From: Candidatus Saganbacteria bacterium
GTDB lineage: Bacteria > Margulisbacteria > WOR-1 > O2-12-FULL-45-9
Assembly: GCA_016932255.1 (NCBI GenBank)
Contig: JAFGDE010000007.1
Coordinates: 269 to 64,268 of the forward strand
DNA length: 64,000 bases
Direction of reading: 5' to 3'
The position numbers were made by a program, and so were the translations under genes. Position 1 is the stretch's first letter, and each line of letters begins with the position of its first letter. The notes under the pieces were generated by a model. It saw only the letters and a program-made list of their open reading frames with translations. It was not told the origin of the DNA and ran no database searches. Shown piece after piece: positions 53,025 through 63,213 of this stretch.

Positions 53025-53975
53025 GTGCTGTACAAGTTATTCTTTTTCTTCTCAGCGGCAGTTGTTTCATTCCTGATAACTTTTCCATTGGTCAGGATGT
53101 TGCGTTTTTTCTGTTTAACGCAATCGGTCAGAAAAGAAGGGCCGGCTTCCCATCAGGGCAAAACAGGTACTCCGACCATGGGCGGTATAGGTTTTGTCCT
53201 GGTCATGATCGCTTTGCCCCTGATCTTTATCAGTTTTGAGTTCGATCACAGTTATCTGGCTCTGGCCGCTTTGGTAGCGGCATTCAGCCTGATCGGCCTG
53301 CTGGACGATCTGCTCAAGATATTTAAACAGCAGAACCTCGGCCTGACCTTCTGGCAGAAGATCTTGCTGCAGACGTTTACCGGCGGCATGTTCGCTTTTT
53401 ATCTTATCAAGCTGGGGTATCATCTGACCGTCGGTCCGGCCTTGAGCTGGCTCGGTCTTGCCGATCCTGTCCTGTTCTGGGCTTTTGCCGTATTTTTGAT
53501 CGTCGGCGGAGCTAACGCCACAAATCTGAGCGACGGTTTGAACGGGCTGCTGGCCGGCAGCGGCACGATCGCATTGCTGGCTTTTGCCGTTCTGGCCAAT
53601 AGGCTCGGCATGGCAGATGCTGTCACTTTTTGCCTGGTCGCGGCCGGCGCGCTGGTCGTATTTCTGTTTTTTAATTTTCCTAAGGCCAAGGTCTTTATGG
53701 GTGATGTTGGTTCGCTGTCGGTCGGCGCGGCCCTGGCCGGCATCGCTCTGATCATGCACCAGGAATTGGCCCTGGCCGTTATCGGCGGGCTGTTCGTGCT
53801 GGAAGCGCTTTCGGTCATTATCCAAGTGACGAGCTATAAACTCTTCAAAAAGCGCGTTTTTCGTATGGCGCCGCTCCATCATCATTTTGAAATGCTTGGC
53901 TTTACGGAGCTCCAGGTAGTTCTGGGTGCCTGGCTGGTCGCTCTGGCGCTGGGCCTGATTGGTAACATGTTGTGA
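53025..53975 (+). CDS. mraY: Phospho-N-acetylmuramoyl-pentapeptide transferase
   Basis: GTPTMGG, NATNLSDGLNGL, MGDVGSLSVGAAL and APLHHHFE motifs. Confidence 0.9.
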   Translation: MLYKLFFFFSAAVVSFLITFPLVRMLRFFCLTQSVRKEGPASHQGKTGTPTMGGIGFVLVMIALPLIFISFEFDHSYLALAALVAAFSLIGLLDDLLKIFKQQNLGLTFWQKILLQTFTGGMFAFYLIKLGYHLTVGPALSWLGLADPVLFWAFAVFLIVGGANATNLSDGLNGLLAGSGTIALLAFAVLANRLGMADAVTFCLVAAGALVVFLFFNFPKAKVFMGDVGSLSVGAALAGIALIMHQELALAVIGGLFVLEALSVIIQVTSYKLFKKRVFRMAPLHHHFEMLGFTELQVVLGAWLVALALGLIGNML

Positions 53976-55294
53976 TCAAAGAACAGCGCATAGCGGTCCT
54001 TGGTCTGGCTAAAAGCGGTCTGGCTGCGGCAGAAAGGCTCAAAGGTCTGGGTAAACAGGTCTTTCTGTCGGAAACAAAGCCTCGTTCTCAGATTTCCCCG
54101 GCCAGCCTGAAAGCCCTGGCTGAGCTTGGCCTGGAAGCTGAGTTCGGCGGCCATTCGCAGAAGGTCCTTTTAGCTGACTTGATCGTAATAAGTCCAGGCA
54201 TACCGCTTGATATCCCCATTGTCAGGCAGGCTGCGGCAAAAGGGATCCCGGTCATCTCGGAAATAGAATTGGCCTATCGTTTGCTGACCAAACCGATCAT
54301 TGCGATCACCGGGACGAATGGCAAGACAACGACTACGACCCTGATCGGCGAGCTGCTCAAAGCCGCGGGCAAAAAGGTCGCGGTTGCCGGTAATATCGGG
54401 GAACCGCTGGTCCTGGTCGATGATACAGCGCTTGATTATATTATTGCAGAGATCAGCAGTTATCAGCTGGAAACCATTGTCGATTTCCGGCCCTGGATCA
54501 GTGTGATCCTGAACATACAGCCCGATCATCTGGTACGTCATGGCGATATGTCCGGGTATATCAAGGCCAAGGCCAGGATCTTCATCAACCAGACGGGTGA
54601 TGATTATCTGGTCTTTAATGAGGACGATCCGGCGGTCAAAAAGATGGCCAAAACAGCAAGCTGCCGTTTAAAAGGCTTTTCCAAGGATTGTTTTAAAATC
54701 ATCACCCTTGACCCAAAAGAGATCAAGATCCCAGGCCGGCATAATCTGGAGAACTCGTTGGCAGCGGCCACTGTGGCTGATATTTGCGGTGTTGATAAAC
54801 AAGTTGTGGCCGAAGTACTAAAGAACTTTCCCGGGGTAGAGCACCGTATCGAAATGGTCGCTGAAGGCAATGGCGTCACGTATTATAATGATTCAAAAGC
54901 AACCAATCCTGATTCGACACTGGTCGCATTAGAAACATTTGCCGGTCGCGGGATCGTTCTGATCCTCGGAGGGAAGGATAAAGGAACGGAGTTGGCAACG
55001 CTTAGTAAAAAGATCAAGGAATTTGTCAAGTTCGTGGTCCTGATCGGCGAGGCGACCGACCGGTTCGCTGCTGCCCTGAAACAAGCCGGCTATTCGGCCG
55101 TTAGCCGGGTAAACGATCTTGAGGCTGCGGTTAGGACCGCCGGGGCTAAGGCGGTCAAAGGTGATATTGTTCTCCTGTCGCCGGCCTGCGCCAGTTTTGA
55201 CATGTTCGCCAATTTTGAGGAACGAGGCAGGGTCTTTAAACAAATTGTAAAAGAAGTGGTGGGAGGCTCGGAACCATCACCCAGTTTTAAGTGA
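53972..55294 (+). CDS. murD: UDP-N-acetylmuramoylalanine--D-glutamate ligase
   Basis: N-terminal Rossmann fold (VLGLAKSG), ITGTNGKTTTT P-loop and a Mur ligase C-terminal domain. Confidence 0.9.
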   Translation: MIKEQRIAVLGLAKSGLAAAERLKGLGKQVFLSETKPRSQISPASLKALAELGLEAEFGGHSQKVLLADLIVISPGIPLDIPIVRQAAAKGIPVISEIELAYRLLTKPIIAITGTNGKTTTTTLIGELLKAAGKKVAVAGNIGEPLVLVDDTALDYIIAEISSYQLETIVDFRPWISVILNIQPDHLVRHGDMSGYIKAKARIFINQTGDDYLVFNEDDPAVKKMAKTASCRLKGFSKDCFKIITLDPKEIKIPGRHNLENSLAAATVADICGVDKQVVAEVLKNFPGVEHRIEMVAEGNGVTYYNDSKATNPDSTLVALETFAGRGIVLILGGKDKGTELATLSKKIKEFVKFVVLIGEATDRFAAALKQAGYSAVSRVNDLEAAVRTAGAKAVKGDIVLLSPACASFDMFANFEERGRVFKQIVKEVVGGSEPSPSFK

Positions 55295-55386
55295 ATTGTG
55301 AGGATTTTCACAAGAGACCCTCTCACAGAGGGAAAGGGTCAAATGAGGGAGAGTAAGCAAGTGAGAAAAAACTGGGTGATGGCATT

Positions 55387-56493
55387 GTGAGTTCAAACAA
55401 ACAACACATTGATTATATATTCCTCTTTACCGTGATGGCCTTGAACGCTCTGGGCGCTATCATGGTCTTTTCCGCCAGCCCGACCATGGCGCTCAAGCTT
55501 GGGGATAGTTATTTTTATCTTAAACGGCATATCCTTTATCTCCTGCTGGGTTTTTCCGCTATGTACCTTGGTGCCCGGCTGGACCTGAAGGCAGTTAAAA
55601 AATGGTCCGGCCTGCTGCTGATAATCTCGGTCTGTCTGCTTTTTTTGGTCTATATCCCGGGGGTCGGCCAGCGCATCAGCGGGGCGGCTCGCTGGATCAA
55701 TCTGCTGATAATCTCTTTTCAGCCGTCAGAACTGATTAAGTTTACTGTGGTCGTTTTCCTGGCCAGGATGCTGGCGGCGTCAGGTCAGCGCATCAAAAAA
55801 TTCCTGTTCGGGCTGTTGCCGCCGCTCTTACTGGTCGGCGTGGTCTGTGCTCTGATCGTTTCCCAGCCTGACCTGGGCACGGCGATCGCTATAGCCGCCA
55901 CTTCATTTATCATGATATTCACGGCCGGAGCCGAACTCTGGCACCTGGGCATCCTCGGCCTGGCCGGTCTGGCCGGCGTCATCGCTTTGTCTTTGTCCAG
56001 TCCGTATCGCTTGCGCCGTCTGATGGCTTTTATCGACCCCTGGCAGGACCCGCAGGGCGTGGGCTTTCATATTGTGCAATCACTTTTAGCCGTTGGTTCC
56101 GGTGGCCTGTTCGGCCTCGGCTTGGGAGCTTCACGCCAGAAATTCTTTTATCTACCACAGCAATTCACCGATTTTATCTTTGCCATCCTCTGCGAAGAGC
56201 TTGGTTTTATCGGAGGCACCGCGGTCATAGCCCTGTTCTTATTATTTGCTTTGCGCGGTTTTCGTATAGCTATGACAGTAAGCGACCGGTTCTGTTCGTT
56301 AATGGTCACCGGATTGGTCAGCTGGCTGATCATCCAGGCATTGATTAATCTAATGGTGGTGCTGGGACTGTTACCTACGACCGGCATTCCGCTGCCTTTC
56401 ATCAGCTATGGCGGGACCGCGACGATCATTAACCTGTTCGCTTCGGGTGTTATCCTCCGGGTTTCGGCTGAAAGGGAGGCCGTAGAGCGATGA
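55387..56493 (+). CDS. ftsW: SEDS-family peptidoglycan glycosyltransferase FtsW
   Basis: FQPSELIKF, SQPDLGTAI, PQQFTDFIF and GLLPTTGIPLPFISYGGT motifs. Its position between murD and murG fits. GTG start. Confidence 0.8.
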   Translation: MSSNKQHIDYIFLFTVMALNALGAIMVFSASPTMALKLGDSYFYLKRHILYLLLGFSAMYLGARLDLKAVKKWSGLLLIISVCLLFLVYIPGVGQRISGAARWINLLIISFQPSELIKFTVVVFLARMLAASGQRIKKFLFGLLPPLLLVGVVCALIVSQPDLGTAIAIAATSFIMIFTAGAELWHLGILGLAGLAGVIALSLSSPYRLRRLMAFIDPWQDPQGVGFHIVQSLLAVGSGGLFGLGLGASRQKFFYLPQQFTDFIFAILCEELGFIGGTAVIALFLLFALRGFRIAMTVSDRFCSLMVTGLVSWLIIQALINLMVVLGLLPTTGIPLPFISYGGTATIINLFASGVILRVSAEREAVER

Positions 56494-57548
56494 AAGTCTT
56501 GATCGTTTCTGGCGGCACTGGCGGACATATCTATCCTGGACTGGCCGTGGCTGAAGAATTCATGAACCGTGGTCCCGGGACGCAGGTCCTTTTTATTGGC
56601 AGCGCCGAAGGCCTGGAAAAGGAGATCGTGCCTAAAGCCGGATATGAACTTAAATTGATCAAAGCACGGGCGTTGCTGCGTAAATTATCTTACAAGGCGG
56701 TTTCCGCGCCTTTTGTCTGCGCGATGGGGTTCTTGCAAAGCCTGGTCCTGGTCCATTCGTATGCTCCTGATGTGGTCATTGCTACCGGCGGCTATGTCAG
56801 CCTGCCGGTCGTCTTGGCCGCCCGTTTCTGGCGCAAGCCTGTCTGTCTGCTGGAGCAGAACGTACTGCCGGGTGCGGTTAACCGCCTGGTCGCGCGTTTC
56901 GCCAGCCAGCGCTTCCTGGCCTTTGAGGAAGCACAAAAGTATTTATCCGGTAAAGTTGTCGGTAATCCTGTAAGGCGAGCGATCATCGAAGCTGACAGGA
57001 AAAGGGCGAGGCAGGAATTGGCTGTTGGTGACAGGCGGGCCGTGCTGGTCATGGGCGGCAGCCAGGGAGCGAAAAAACTCAATGAGACGCTGATCTCAGT
57101 GCTTGACCGTTTGCCGGAGAACGTTTTTGTCCTGCATATTATCGGCAACCGTGACTATGCCTGGGTCGACCGGCTGCTTGAGGGCAAGCGGATAGCAAAC
57201 TATCGCGCCTTGCCATATCTGCATGATATGTCACAGGCTCTGGCAGCAGCCGACCTGGTAATCAGTCGGGCAGGGGCCACGGCCATTGCTGAGTGCCTGG
57301 TCCGGGGCCTGCCAATGGTCCTGGTGCCTTTCCCGTATGCGGCTGAGGACCATCAGAAACTTAATGCCAGTGTGGTGGTCAGGGCCGGAGCCGCGATCAT
57401 GATCGAGGATAAAAACTTGACGCCGGAAAAAATGCTGGAACTGCTTGGCCAAAGTTTGCTGGATTATGATAGAATGAAAAATGCTGCCCTGGCGCTTGCC
57501 AGGCCGGATGCAGCCAAAAGGATAGTCGATGCCGTCAAAAAAGACTGA
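56490..57548 (+). CDS. murG: UDP-GlcNAc--lipid I N-acetylglucosaminyltransferase
   Basis: MKVLIVSGGTGGHIYPGLAV and the C-terminal SRAGATAIAE...PYAAEDHQ motif. Confidence 0.9.
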   Translation: MKVLIVSGGTGGHIYPGLAVAEEFMNRGPGTQVLFIGSAEGLEKEIVPKAGYELKLIKARALLRKLSYKAVSAPFVCAMGFLQSLVLVHSYAPDVVIATGGYVSLPVVLAARFWRKPVCLLEQNVLPGAVNRLVARFASQRFLAFEEAQKYLSGKVVGNPVRRAIIEADRKRARQELAVGDRRAVLVMGGSQGAKKLNETLISVLDRLPENVFVLHIIGNRDYAWVDRLLEGKRIANYRALPYLHDMSQALAAADLVISRAGATAIAECLVRGLPMVLVPFPYAAEDHQKLNASVVVRAGAAIMIEDKNLTPEKMLELLGQSLLDYDRMKNAALALARPDAAKRIVDAVKKD

Positions 57549-57555
57549 ATGGAAC

Positions 57556-58926
57556 ATGGAGCGGATCAAAACGATCCATCTGGTGGGGGTGGGCGGCTGC
57601 GGTATGTCCGGTCTGGCCAAGGTCCTGCATGAAATGGGCTACCGCGTCAGCGGTTCGGACGTCAGGGAAGGGCCTAATACCATTCGTTTGACCGATCTGG
57701 GCGTTAAGGTCTATATCGGCCACGAAGATTCGCATGTGCGCGGCATCGATCTGCTGATCTATTCCTCTGCCGTGGGTAAGGATAATCCCGAGCTGAAACA
57801 GGCCAGGACCAACGGTATCCCAGTGATCAAACGGGCTGAAATGCTCTCCTGGATCATGAACCAGAGCAAGAACCGCATTGCGGTCGCCGGCACCCACGGC
57901 AAGACCACGACCTCGGCAATGATCGCCAAGATGCTCGATTTCGGCCAGCTGGCGCCGACCTATTTTATCGGTTGCGATATGGATTACATCGAAGGCAACG
58001 CGCGCCTGGGCAACGGCAAGTTCTCTGTCGCCGAGGCCGATGAATCAGACAGTTCCTTCCTTTTTCTTTCCCCGACAGTTGGTATTATCACCAACATCGA
58101 GAGCGATCACATGGAGAAGTTCGGTACCATGACGGCCCTGATCAGGACGTTTGAACAATTCGCCAAGAACATTTCCCCTGAGGGATTTCTGCTGGTCGAT
58201 GCTAATGATCAGAACAATCAGCAGCTGATGAAAAAACTCAAAGCCCGTTTCATTACTTACGGCCTTAGCGGCAGTGCTGAATACACGGCCAGGGACATGA
58301 GGTTCAAGGAATTTGGCTCGCGTTTTACTCTACTGCGCTCAGGCCAGGAGCTTGGCCAGGTTGAGCTGATCGTGCCGGGCTGGCAGAACGTGCTCAACTG
58401 CCTGCCGGTCTTTGCCATAGGCTTTGAGTTTGGCCTTGATTTCAACTCGATCGCCGGCGCTCTGCGGACCTTTGTTGGTGCGCGCCGCCGCTTCCAGACC
58501 GTCGGTGAGATCAATGATATCCTGATCGTCGATGATTATGCCCATCATCCGACCGAGATCAGAGCAACCCTTTCTGCTGCCCGTTCGGGCTGGCCTGATA
58601 AGCGTCTGATCTGTATCTTTCAGCCGCACCGCTATTCCCGGACAATACTGCTCAAGGATGAGTTCACCAAAGCTTTTGATGATGCGGATAAGATCGTGAT
58701 CACCGATATTTACGCTGCTTCGGAGAAGCCTATTCCGGGGATAAGTGGCCAGACGATCGCTGACGGCATCAAGGGCCGGGACGTGCTTTACGTCCCGAAG
58801 AAAGAAGGCATTGTCGAGCACCTGATGCAGGATATCAAGCCGGGCGACCTGATCATGACGCTTGGGGCCGGCGATATCTATACTGTGGGCAAGGAACTGT
58901 TTGCCCGTTTGAAGCTGCATAAATGA
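57556..58926 (+). CDS. murC: UDP-N-acetylmuramate--L-alanine ligase
   Basis: IHLVGVGGCGMSGLA, AGTHGKTTTSAM and DDYAHHPTE motifs. Confidence 0.9.
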   Translation: MERIKTIHLVGVGGCGMSGLAKVLHEMGYRVSGSDVREGPNTIRLTDLGVKVYIGHEDSHVRGIDLLIYSSAVGKDNPELKQARTNGIPVIKRAEMLSWIMNQSKNRIAVAGTHGKTTTSAMIAKMLDFGQLAPTYFIGCDMDYIEGNARLGNGKFSVAEADESDSSFLFLSPTVGIITNIESDHMEKFGTMTALIRTFEQFAKNISPEGFLLVDANDQNNQQLMKKLKARFITYGLSGSAEYTARDMRFKEFGSRFTLLRSGQELGQVELIVPGWQNVLNCLPVFAIGFEFGLDFNSIAGALRTFVGARRRFQTVGEINDILIVDDYAHHPTEIRATLSAARSGWPDKRLICIFQPHRYSRTILLKDEFTKAFDDADKIVITDIYAASEKPIPGISGQTIADGIKGRDVLYVPKKEGIVEHLMQDIKPGDLIMTLGAGDIYTVGKELFARLKLHK

Positions 58927-59795
58927 GATTTCAAAAGAAAGAGCCACTTAAAAAACATACCTCTCTCAGGATCGGCGGACCGGCCGATGTCTTGTGTACG
59001 CCAAAAAGCGCGGCTGATATCATCGCGGCCCTAGACTATGCCAGACAGAATAAGCTCAAGATCGCGATCATCGGAGCGGGCAGCAACCTGCTTGTGCCGG
59101 AGACAGGATTTAAGGGCCTGGTAATTAAGTTAGGCAAGGGTTTGAACTGGCTCAAGTTAGAGAAGAACAGTGTCCGTGTCGGGGCCGGCGTGATGCTGCC
59201 TGATCTGGTGGTTAAAGCTGCAAAGGCGGGATTTTCCGGCTTGGAATTCCTGGCCGGCATTCCCGGTTCCGTTGGCGGCGCGGTGGTCATGAATGCCGGA
59301 GCCTGGGGCGAATCGTTAGCCGATCATCTGATCGAAGTTAAAGCGCTTGACCGTTCGGGCCGGGAAAAGACCTTTAAAGGAGAAGAGCTTAAGGCTGAAT
59401 ACCGCAGTAGTTATTTTCAAGGCAGGAACTGGATAATCATAGAAGCGTTATTAAAGCTAAAGACCGGGAACAAAAAAGTGATCAAACACAGGATACTGGA
59501 GCATCTGACGCGGCGCAAGAGCAAACAGCCGCTAGGTACCCCTAATTGCGGCAGCGTGTTCAGGAACCCGAAGAACGATTTTGCCGGCCGCCTGATCGAA
59601 GCTGCCGGCTGTAAGGGAATGCGCGTTGGTGATGCCCAGGTCTCGACCAAACATGCGAACTTCATCGTTAATCTGGGCGAAGCCAAGGCCGAGGACGTGA
59701 TGAAACTGATGAAAAAGGTCCGGGCTGCAGTCAGACAGCGGTTCAAGATACGCCTTGAGCCGGAGATAAAGTTCATGGTAAAATCATCAACATGA
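58923..59795 (+). CDS. murB: UDP-N-acetylenolpyruvoylglucosamine reductase
   Basis: FAD-binding GAGSNLL, GIPGSVGGAVVMNAGA and GSVFRNP motifs. Confidence 0.9.
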   Translation: MRFQKKEPLKKHTSLRIGGPADVLCTPKSAADIIAALDYARQNKLKIAIIGAGSNLLVPETGFKGLVIKLGKGLNWLKLEKNSVRVGAGVMLPDLVVKAAKAGFSGLEFLAGIPGSVGGAVVMNAGAWGESLADHLIEVKALDRSGREKTFKGEELKAEYRSSYFQGRNWIIIEALLKLKTGNKKVIKHRILEHLTRRKSKQPLGTPNCGSVFRNPKNDFAGRLIEAAGCKGMRVGDAQVSTKHANFIVNLGEAKAEDVMKLMKKVRAAVRQRFKIRLEPEIKFMVKSST

Positions 59796-60640
59796 TCTTA
59801 AAAACGGCCATCCAGGAGCTTGAGGACAGGGCCAGGCAGCTGCGGCAGCATATTATCGCGATGACCTGCGCGGCCGCTTCCGGCCACCCGGGTGGTTCTT
59901 TGTCCGCTGCTGATATCGTAACAGTGCTTTATTTCCATCAAATGAAGCACCGCCCGGATGATCCTGGCTGGGCCGAGCGCGACCGGTTTGTCATGAGCAA
60001 GGGCCACGCCGCGCCGGTACTTTACGCCGCTCTGGCGGAGGCCGGCTATTTTTCTGTCAAATATCTCAAGACCCTGCGCCGGATCGGCAGTTCCTTGCAG
60101 GGGCATGTCGATATGTTGTCCCTGCCGGGGATCGAGATGTCGACCGGCTCGCTGGGGCAGGGCCTGTCAGCGGCCAATGGCATGGCACTGGCGGCCAGGC
60201 TGGACAAAAGAAATTACCGTGTTTACTGTCTGATGGGTGACGGCGAATGCCACGAAGGCCAGATCTGGGAAGCGGCTATGACCAGCGCCCATCATAAGCT
60301 GGATAATCTGGTCGCTTTTGTTGACCATAACAAGTATCAGATCGACGGTCAAATTGATGAGATAAAGAGCCTGCGGCCGTTCGCAGATAAATGGAAGGCG
60401 TTCGGCTGGAAGGTCCTGCGCTGTGACGGCCATGATATAAGTTCGATCATCTCGGCGCTGGACAAAGCCTGCAAGGGCACCGGCCGTCCGACTGTCATTA
60501 TTGCCGATACTGTTAAAGGCAAAGGCGTTTCTTTTATGGAGGAAAGGCCGCTGGACTATCACGGCAAGGCCCCGACCCCGGAAGAAGAGAAAAAAGCGCT
60601 GGCTGAATTGTGTCAGCTGGCCAGACCGAAAGAGCGGTAA
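59792..60640 (+). CDS. Transketolase, N-terminal (TPP-binding) subunit of the split form
   Basis: SGHPGGSLSAADI, SKGHAAP and GDGECHEGQIWEA motifs. 282 aa. Confidence 0.85.
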   Translation: MILKTAIQELEDRARQLRQHIIAMTCAAASGHPGGSLSAADIVTVLYFHQMKHRPDDPGWAERDRFVMSKGHAAPVLYAALAEAGYFSVKYLKTLRRIGSSLQGHVDMLSLPGIEMSTGSLGQGLSAANGMALAARLDKRNYRVYCLMGDGECHEGQIWEAAMTSAHHKLDNLVAFVDHNKYQIDGQIDEIKSLRPFADKWKAFGWKVLRCDGHDISSIISALDKACKGTGRPTVIIADTVKGKGVSFMEERPLDYHGKAPTPEEEKKALAELCQLARPKER

Positions 60641-60652
60641 GGAGACCGAGCG

Positions 60653-61603
60653 ATGATCGAAAAAAAGACCATGGCCACGCGCGATGCCTACGGTAAAACG
60701 CTGGTCGAACTGGGCAAAGAGAATAACGATATCATCGTCTTGGACGCGGACCTGGCGGTCTCGACCAAGACGGCCTTGTTCGGCAAGGAATTCCCTGACA
60801 GGTTCTTTGACATGGGCATTGCCGAGCAGGACATGATCGGCACGGCCGCTGGCCTGGCCGCTTCGGGCAAGATAGTCTTTGCTTCGACTTTCGCGGTCTT
60901 TGGCTCAGGCCGGGCCTGGGACCAGGTCAGGGTCTCGGTCGCTTATACCCGGTTGAACGTCAAGATAGTCGTCACGCACGGCGGCATTACAACAGGCGAG
61001 GACGGCGCATCACACCAGGCCAACGAAGATATCGCTATCATGCGGGCTCTGCCTAATCTGACGGTGCTGGTGCCGGCTGACGGGACTCAGACCGCGGCCT
61101 TGATCAGGCAGGCGGCCAAGTTCTATGGGCCGATGTATATCCGTTTGAGTCGGCCCAAGACCCCGCTGATCTACCCCGAAGGCAAGCATGATTTCAAGAT
61201 CGGTAAAGGGATCGTCGCCAGAGAAGGCAAAGACGTGACCATCTTGGCCTGCGGCATGATGGTCAGCAAAGCACTGGAGGCGGCCGAAGAACTGGCCCAA
61301 AAAGGCGTAGATTGCCGCGTGGTCGATCTTTTTACGATTAAACCCATTGATAAGCAGTTGATTGTTAAATGCGCTGAGGAAACAGGAGCAGTTGTAACTG
61401 CTGAAGAGCATTCGATAATCGGCGGCCTGGGCGGCGCTGTGGCCGAGGTCCTGGCTGAGAATGCCTGTGTGCCCATGGCGCGGGTCGGGATCAAGGACAT
61501 GTTCGGCGAATCAGGCCAGCCGGATGAGCTCCTGGTCAAGTATGGCCTGGCACCGATCGATATCATCGCAGCGGTCAAGAGCGTTATCAAGAGGAAGAAA
61601 TGA
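60653..61603 (+). CDS. Transketolase, C-terminal (pyrimidine-binding) subunit of the split form
   Basis: FFDMGIAEQDMIG, THGGITTGEDGASHQ and the C-terminal domain. 316 aa. Confidence 0.85.
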   Translation: MIEKKTMATRDAYGKTLVELGKENNDIIVLDADLAVSTKTALFGKEFPDRFFDMGIAEQDMIGTAAGLAASGKIVFASTFAVFGSGRAWDQVRVSVAYTRLNVKIVVTHGGITTGEDGASHQANEDIAIMRALPNLTVLVPADGTQTAALIRQAAKFYGPMYIRLSRPKTPLIYPEGKHDFKIGKGIVAREGKDVTILACGMMVSKALEAAEELAQKGVDCRVVDLFTIKPIDKQLIVKCAEETGAVVTAEEHSIIGGLGGAVAEVLAENACVPMARVGIKDMFGESGQPDELLVKYGLAPIDIIAAVKSVIKRKK

Positions 61604-62064
61604 ACAGGCCAAGCTGGGACGACTATTTCATGAAAATAACCGAGGACGTGGCTGAGCGGGCGACCTGTGTTAAACGGTCTGTCGGCGCGATTATCGTCAA
61701 AGACAACCGGATACTTTCTACTGGTTATAATGGCGCGCCAAAGGGTTTCAAGCACTGTGCCGAGATCGGCTGTATCCGCCAGGAAATGAACGTGCCTTCC
61801 GGACAGCGCCATGAACTTTGCCGGGGCTTGCACGCGGAGCAGAACGCGATCATTCAGGCCGCGGTCCACGGAGTTGAAATCTCAGGCGGCACCATGTACT
61901 GTAACTATCAGCCGTGCGTTATATGCGCCAAGATGATGATCAATGCCGGTATTCAGCGCCTGGTCTTTACCGGCGGCTACCCTGATGAGCTGGCGGTTCA
62001 GATGCTGGGCGATAGCAACATCCAGGTCGTCAGGTTGCAAAAAAAGAAGGAGGCAGTGGCATGA
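61600..62064 (+). CDS. dCMP deaminase (ComEB-type)
   Basis: HAEQNAI and PCVICAKMMINAGI zinc motifs, with N-terminal WDDYFM. Confidence 0.85.
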   Translation: MNRPSWDDYFMKITEDVAERATCVKRSVGAIIVKDNRILSTGYNGAPKGFKHCAEIGCIRQEMNVPSGQRHELCRGLHAEQNAIIQAAVHGVEISGGTMYCNYQPCVICAKMMINAGIQRLVFTGGYPDELAVQMLGDSNIQVVRLQKKKEAVA

Positions 62065-62948
62065 AAATAGGATTTCTCGGGCCGGAAGGCACTTTTTCTG
62101 AAGAGGCAAGCAAGGCTTACGTTAAACGTTTGCCAGGCAAGAACGAACTGATACCCTATACCGCTTTTCATGACTTGCTGTTCGCTGTTGATAAAGGCAA
62201 GGTAAAAGAAGGCATCCTGCCGATCGAGAACTCGATCGAAGGCACGATCGGGGTCGTACCTGACATGCTGGTTAAGGATGTTAAATTAATGATGCGCCAG
62301 GAGATCGTCCTGCCGGTCTTCCATTATTTGATCGCGCAGCAGAGTATTAAGCTGAGAGAGATCACGGACGTCATCTCGCATCCTCAGGCACTGGACCAGT
62401 GCAAGGATTTTCTAAGAAAGAAGCTGCCCAAGGTCAAGCTGCATCTGGCTTATAGCACCAGTAATGCCGTGCGCCAGGTCGCCACATCGCTGGGCGAGAA
62501 GATCATTGCTAAGAGCCATGCTAAAGGGAGTGTTTTTGCGGCTATCGGCACGGAGAATGCGGCCAAACTCTACGGCTTGAACGTGTTGGCCAGGAAGATC
62601 AATGCTAAGGAGAACCAGACCCGCTTTGTTGTCCTGGCCAAAAAGGACCACAAACGGACGGGCCGTGACAAGACCTCGATAGTTTTTTCGATCCGCATGG
62701 ACCGGCCGGGCGGCCTGCATGACGCTTTGGCTGTTTTTGCTGAGCGTGATATCAACCTGACCAAGATCGAGTCCAGACCGTCCAAAAAGGCCCTGGGCGA
62801 TTACTATTTCTTTGCTGATATGTATGGCCACAGGCAGGACAGGGTGGTGGCCGAAGCTCTGCGCGAAATGAAGAAAAAGACCTCTTTTCTTAAAGTCCTT
62901 GGGTCATACCCAAGAGCCCGCCTGCCGGTCGGGCAGGCCAGAAAATAA
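62061..62948 (+). CDS. pheA: Prephenate dehydratase
   Basis: KIGFLGPEGTFSEEA, NQTRFVVL (TRF motif) and an ACT domain with ESRPS. Confidence 0.85.
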   Translation: MKIGFLGPEGTFSEEASKAYVKRLPGKNELIPYTAFHDLLFAVDKGKVKEGILPIENSIEGTIGVVPDMLVKDVKLMMRQEIVLPVFHYLIAQQSIKLREITDVISHPQALDQCKDFLRKKLPKVKLHLAYSTSNAVRQVATSLGEKIIAKSHAKGSVFAAIGTENAAKLYGLNVLARKINAKENQTRFVVLAKKDHKRTGRDKTSIVFSIRMDRPGGLHDALAVFAERDINLTKIESRPSKKALGDYYFFADMYGHRQDRVVAEALREMKKKTSFLKVLGSYPRARLPVGQARK

Positions 62949-62985
62949 CGTTGCATCTTGCATGAGGCAGGAGTAGAATAGCGGC

Positions 62986-63213
62986 ATGAGCGAAGGTCGG
63001 AGTTCACATTTTCTTGAAGGCTTGGTCCTGGGCGGCCTTTTGGGCGCGGCCCTGGGGGTTGTTTTTGCGCCGTTCGCTGGGGAAAAGACCCGGGAATTGA
63101 TCAAGGAGAAACTAAAGGATCTTGAGCTTGACGATATTATCGAGCGGTTGGGCGAGGCTTTTGACGAAGGCCTGAAAGAAGCGCAGCGCGCTGCCCAGGA
63201 AGGGGAGGAATAA
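62986..63213 (+). CDS. YtxH-domain small membrane-associated protein
   Basis: GLVLGGLLGAALGVVFAPFAGEKTRELIKEKL is the YtxH signature. Confidence 0.6.
   Translation: MSEGRSSHFLEGLVLGGLLGAALGVVFAPFAGEKTRELIKEKLKDLELDDIIERLGEAFDEGLKEAQRAAQEGEE

Noticed and set aside
55295-55386. The murD-ftsW spacer, with short palindromes (TTGTGA/TCACAA, CCCTCT-CAC-AGAGGG) and repeated GTGAG words, as a possible regulatory RNA.
   Set aside because: The stems are short and mutually exclusive, there is no T tract, and there is no resemblance to the REP-like family. The evidence is insufficient to call a feature.
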